The translations under genes and the position numbers were made by a program. From the NCBI GenBank assembly GCA_051294375.1, contig CM119264.1:29371674-29435673 (forward strand): a stretch of DNA of 64,000 nucleotides, read 5' to 3'. The stretch comes from Paraspadella gotoi. Taxonomy: Eukaryota; Animalia; Chaetognatha. Numbering within the stretch: the first letter of the stretch is position 1; every line of letters starts with the position of its first letter. Of this stretch, positions 25,761-64,000 are shown in pieces. The notes beneath the pieces are model-generated. The model searched no databases and was not told the origin of the DNA. It saw only the letters and a program-made list of their open reading frames with translations.

Positions 25761-27450
25761 AAAAGATGAAAAGGTGAAAAAATGAAAAAGTTGAAAAAAG
25801 TATGAAAGTTGAAAAAAATGATATAAGTAAAAAGAATGATGCAAGTTAAAAAACATATTATTTGTACTACAGTCACAGTTTAGTTTAAGCCCTTGAACAC
25901 GATTTACATGTTTTGGTGCCGCCACTGGTTAATTATTTGATCAGATCTTACATTTTTGGCCTATTCATCAAGAAAAAAAATAACAACGACACTTTTGGCG
26001 ACGACGACAATGATAACACCGATGCTGATTGATAAATTAATTGATTGATTGATTGATTAATTGATTGATTTATTGATTTAGGCAGATACGCGCTTTTTCC
26101 TGTGTCCTGAAGAAAGATTCCAAGTTTTCACCTCCGTCTCCGCCTCTCAAAAAAGGGTTCCGTCAACGAGGACACCAAACATCAGATTTCTTTTAATTTG
26201 AATGAAATGAAAAGAAATGAAACAGAAGAAAAAACTTTTTATATTTTTTCTCAGATAAGTTTTTACGTAGAAAGCTCAAAGTTTTAATCTCCTCATCATG
26301 AGGCTCATGGAATCACAGTCAAGTTGAGTCTACTACTATGGTTCTATAAATGATATCCCAGGTAAATTGCAATTTGGCAAACGAGATTAATATTTCATTT
26401 AATCTAAAAATTTTTAGTGAAATGAAACAATAATTTTAACAGCTAATAAACAATTTATAAATTTTTATCAGATTATTAAGAAAAGACGAAACAAAAATTT
26501 TCAAGATTACATTTGCGCATTTAATTTGAGCTCATCTCAGCAGTCGATACCTCCTTGCTCCCTGATGCTCCTCCTATGAAGCGGATTTAGATTTTATTGG
26601 TATTTTTATCCAAGTATTATAAATGCATATTATAACCATTATAAAGTAAACATATAAATAAAACATAAATAAAATATGTGTTAGGTAAAAATGTTAGAAA
26701 AATATTGCCCTATGTTACATATCAATTTTAGTATGCACCATCGACGACAGCAACATCATGAACAGTGACAGTCATGCGCAATGTGCAATGTGTACTGACC
26801 GATGTAATTGTTTGTTTATAAATAAATATCAATCTAGTAATAGGGGATTAAGAAAAACATATTTAAATAGTGTCACTTTTTTCAGTGTCTCTTTTTTGGT
26901 TAGGACTTTTTAGGTCAGAGAATTGCAGAAAATCTTTATACTTGCTTATTTGGTTTGTTATATAATCCCCAGTACTATTTATTAATAGGTTTTTGATTAT
27001 TTAAATAAAAAATGATTTGAATTGCTTTGTCTCTCTGTGTCTCTCTGTGTCTCTCTCTCTCTCTCTGGACGATCTCTTGCGTGATCGTTCGTTTTTTTCA
27101 ATACAAAATCCCAAATTTACATCTGAGATTTTCGTGGATTTTTTTGAGAAAATGTGAAGAATAACTACTTGACCTGCATTTCGTGGCCGTTGCGGGGCAA
27201 CGAGTAAACAATGTCGAGTACATGACCTAATACGCGTTTTGATGGCAACGGAAACATTACGTGTATGAAAAAATCAACTTGACCGAGATCACGCAGCCGT
27301 TGCGAGCAACGGATAACCGATATAAACGAGAGTGACCTAATATTGCGTCTCGTTGGCGGGAAAACTCTCTATCTCTTTTTTTTACAAAAAAAAATTTGTA
27401 TTCCTTTTTTTTTACCACCGTTACTAGGTGATAAATGTTATGCTTACCTT

Positions 27451-27488
<38 letters not shown>

Positions 27489-27822
27489 ACGATATCTGAG
27501 TTATTTTAGAGGTTTTTTGCATGGCCGTTGTCAATTTTTGGAGAGAGAGAGAGAGAGAGACGTTCTAGGTAGTTCTGTTTAAGACTCACCATTGAACGTT
27601 TTTGCCCGTTCCGAATATTGGTTTGACGGGATTTTTCTGTACAATAAAGTTTCTCTCTTTCTGCTTATTCATCGTGACTTTTTATTCATGATTTATCTCG
27701 AGATTCAGCGAAACATTCAGTCGAAATCTCCCTCGTCAACTTCAAGGTACGGGCAACGTCTCGAACGCGCGACTCCGGGGCTTGAAGTCGAAAAACAACT
27801 TCAACGAGTAAACGAGTTCCGG

Positions 27823-27871
<49 letters not shown>

Positions 27872-28202
27872 TTTTTTTTTTTTTACAAAAACATTTTTTA
27901 AAATTTTTTTTCACATCCGTCAATAGGCGACGAGTAAACGAGTTCCGGCTCTGCAGCGTCTCTCCAGCTTCTTTCTCTCTCTCTCTCTCTCTCTTCTGTC
28001 TCTCTCTCTCTCTGTACGATCTCTTGCGTGATTATTTTTTTCCTTCTAAAAACTTTTATTATCGCCATTTATTCCGCGCTTGTTTCTCAATACAAAATCC
28101 CACTCTCTCTCTTTATTTCTCTCTTTCTCTCTCTCTCTTTCACTCATACACGCATTTGTTTGTTTTATTTATGATGAATGATTCATCGCGTCAATGAATG
28201 AC

Positions 28203-28338
28203 TATCATAGCATCAATCATTTGGTTATCATCGCATCAATATTTGTTTATCATCGCATCAATATTTTGTTATCATCGCATCAATCCTTTGGTTATCATCG
28301 CATCAATATTTGGTTATCATCGCATCAATATTTGGTTG
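28203..28338. repeat. 22-bp minisatellite (~6 copies)
   Basis: Unit TATCATCGCATCAATATTTGGT. Confidence 0.9.
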
Positions 28339-28653
28339 TCATTGAAGGCAAGCTTGGTCCTTTTCTTTTAAGATTTTTTTTCTTAGGGAAAAAAATACGG
28401 TAAAGGTATTTTTAAACATGAAAAGATTCACTGATTCTGACGTCATAACATCTTCTCATCACTGTATGGTAGTGGAACTAACTATACTGTAAACTCGAAG
28501 TGCAGTCGTATTTATTTTTTCAAATGTTTTTTTCGATTTTCTATCCACCTGTCACAGTCTCGGTGCTCTAACTTCGATAATGATTGTTAAGGGACAAGGG
28601 TTTTCCATGCAAGCTAGTCAAGAATTAACTGATATTATTTCACTATTTCTTAA

Positions 28654-29537
28654 GGGGACCCAGTGATAAAAATGATATCAAAAGCTTAAGGGTCTTCATC
28701 AAAGGAATTTGAATGGTGATAGTCATTAATTTTTCTTTGGCACGGGAAAGTGGTAAAAAAATTCCTATCTCTTATTGTAGCGGAAACAAAAATTTAATAA
28801 TTATGAAAAAAACATTTAGTTGACCCTACACTAAATATTTATATAATCCATTATTTTATTTTTGCATTAGAAAGTATTTTTTAACTAAATTCCAATTTTT
28901 AATTTTTTACTGTACAAAGCTAAAATTTTAGGGTTTAAGCCTCATTGAACAAAGGCTTTACAAGACTAATATTTTTATATTTTTATATTTACTTAAAAGC
29001 AGACAAATCAAACCTAAATTCCTATTCTTACAGAAACAAAACTATAATATTTATTAATTAATATTCATATTCCTCCCTTAAATGTATTATTAAACTATAT
29101 TGATTCCTAATTATAACAATTAAAAATTTAGTAAAAGTAAAGAATCTTTCTCTTCTTTTTATATTTATATTACTTCAAAGAGTTTTATTTTCATCCAATT
29201 AACATAATCATTTGAAAAGAAAGTTTAAATAAAATCAGTCGATACCTTAAATTTTGATTCATTCCTAGTTTTTTTTCTTATAAATTTTTATGATAAAAGC
29301 TGAAAATCTTTTTAAAATTAGATCTTACCTTTTTTTTGGAAAAAAAATTTTAAACTTGAAAAAGATTTTCTTCTTACCGATTTTTTAAAGAAAATTAAGC
29401 TGGCTGATTTTATCAAATTTTTTAACTACTTTCCCAAATAATTATAGAAGAAAAAATTATATGGTCAGAACACAGCTTAAGTTAAAGGGTCAAACGTTAT
29501 GTTTTCAGCTTTTTACCCCCCTGTTCACTTGGTCCCC
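28654..29537. mobile_element. Kolobok-like MITE (TTAA TSD, GG termini)
   Basis: TTAA|GGGGACCCAGTGA ... TCACTTGGTCCCC|TTAA: 12/13 TIR match, TTAA at 28650-28653 and 29538-29541, AT-rich non-coding interior. Confidence 0.6.
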
Positions 29538-29924
29538 TTAATAGACGAACTTTAATTCGTACTTGGAAAACTTTGTTTAAACGTACAACGAATGAAATTC
29601 TAATGTATATAAAACTATATATGCTTGGACAGCTGAGTACTCGCTTACCAATTCTGATTTCTGAGTTTAATTCTCTCTCGTCTCTGTCGGGAGATGCCAT
29701 AATACCTTTTTTGTTTATATATGTATCTGTTTTTTGTATTTACTGTATTTTTTATTTACTGTGATTGTTTGAATACGTACATTTGTATTCGTCTATATCG
29801 TAAACTGATAGAAATAAAACACCTGATTTGTTATTGTGAAATCAATACTTAGTGACTCTGATTCTTGTCCCGTCTGATTTTTAAGCCCTCTGTTAATTCT
29901 TCACCGACTCTAAATACCAAAGCA

Positions 29925-30140
29925 TCTCACAGATTCACACTTCAAAGATTCAAGAGCTGCTCTTTGAAATCCGATTCCGATTCCGATTCCAAAGACTACC
30001 ACACTTCACAGATTCAAGAGCTGTTCTTTAAAATCCGATTCTAAATTCCAAAGCCTATCACACTTCACAGATTTAAGAGCTGTTCTTTGAAATCCGATTC
30101 TAAATTCCAAAGCCATTCTCACAGATTCAAGAGCTGATCT
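29925..30140. repeat. ~59-bp tandem repeat (~4 copies)
   Basis: Unit CACAGATTCAAGAGCTGTTCTTT(G/A)AAATCCGATTCTAAATTCCAAAGCCTATCACACTT. Confidence 0.85.
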
Positions 30141-30205
30141 TGTAAATCGTCCCTCCGCGTTATGAGTCCACGAGTTTTCTGTCGGCGACGGGCGCAGAAG
30201 GACGC

Positions 30206-30219
30206 GTTGTTATGGAAAC
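30206..30219. promoter_or_regulatory. RFX X-box-like motif
   Basis: GTTGTTATGGAAAC, ~800 bp upstream of the putative dynein start codon. Confidence 0.45.
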
Positions 30220-30655
30220 GGGTCCGTCGTGGAAAGAAGCGGAGGAGAGAAGTCGAGGACTTTGAGATAATAAAGAAAAATGAGAGAAGATGAGGGATTT
30301 GAAGCAAAGATGAATACTACTATGAATGTGGCATAAAGGACAAAAGACTAAAAAGCAAAGGACAGAAATAAGAATGAAAGATGAGAATGCGGAAAATTAA
30401 CTATTTATTTTAATCAACAAATTGTACATTTTTTATAAAGAAAAAAAAATTAGTAACCAAACTTCATAGTTTCTTGAAAAACAGTATATTTAACATGTTA
30501 TTTTTTTTAAGTAACCAATTTAAAAAGAAGCGTTTTAAAGGGCCTTGAGCCCTATGTCGAATCATAGTCAAATAAAGACTTTTACTCTCATAGGGAGGAG
30601 GAGGAGGAGAAGGAGGAGGAGGAGGAGGAGGAGGAAGAAGAAGAGGATGAGGATC

Positions 30656-30668
30656 GTTTCCTAGCAAC
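30656..30668. promoter_or_regulatory. RFX X-box motif
   Basis: GTTTCCTAGCAAC, ~350 bp upstream of ATG 31022 of an axonemal dynein gene; matches the RFX consensus typical of ciliary genes. Confidence 0.6.
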
Positions 30669-30975
30669 CACTTAAACCGAGTCCGTTTCATGACATCTGT
30701 TTCGACAACTTCGGGTTAAATACGAAATGACAAACTGATATTAATATTTGACTATTCCAACTAATGTTTTTGTACTTTTGGTAATCAACACTATCACCAA
30801 CTTTCAATAAGGTCACGAATGAAAACAAGAACAACAACAACAACAACAAGAACAACAACAACGAGGAAACCAATTCGATTCGCCAGAAATTGAAACAGAC
30901 TTTTTCCGAAAATTCTCTGGAAACCGTTTTGTCATTTCGACGCCATGAATATTTTAATCGCGACAACTTGAATAC

Positions 30976-31015
<40 letters not shown>

Positions 31016-31021
31016 GGCGCC

Positions 31022-63901
<32,880 letters not shown>

Positions 63902-64000
63902 GCAATAGCTTTTTTCATGTTCATTGAAAATTTCTTGCTGACGGGCTATTTAATTTTTTAAAAATTAAAAATTGATTATTATATTTAAAACTTGATTTTT

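Noticed and set aside
24529-26362. Exon-like patches
   Set aside because: Stops in the candidate frames and no recognisable homology.

Overview
Eukaryotic (most likely invertebrate animal), AT-rich, microsatellite-rich draft assembly with N-gaps. Most ORFs in the supplied track are low-complexity noise, and the real genes are spliced. (1) A multi-exon DNHD1-like axonemal dynein heavy chain gene on + runs from ~31022 beyond the window end, with RFX X-box motifs upstream and at least two GC-AG introns. (2) Nested antisense in one of its introns (51922-58562) is an intact 4-exon, 450-aa flavin-containing monooxygenase resembling bacterial trimethylamine monooxygenase (Tmm/mFMO), followed by a decayed tandem paralog. 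(3) Several short palindromic insertions have a hammerhead-ribozyme core at their centre and look like Penelope-like retroelement relics; two show a TSD plus a 34-36 nt tail. (4) Other elements: a 4.5-kb non-autonomous hAT element with an 8-bp TSD whose empty site is also in the window, a Kolobok-like MITE, a tRNA-Gly-derived SINE, several minisatellites and an eIF2-alpha kinase pseudogene fragment. Two ~7.5-kb direct duplications and one ~2-kb inverted duplication sit next to 25-N gaps and carry many single-base indels, so they are probably haplotype or long-read gap-filling artefacts. Family assignments rest on remembered motifs, not database searches.
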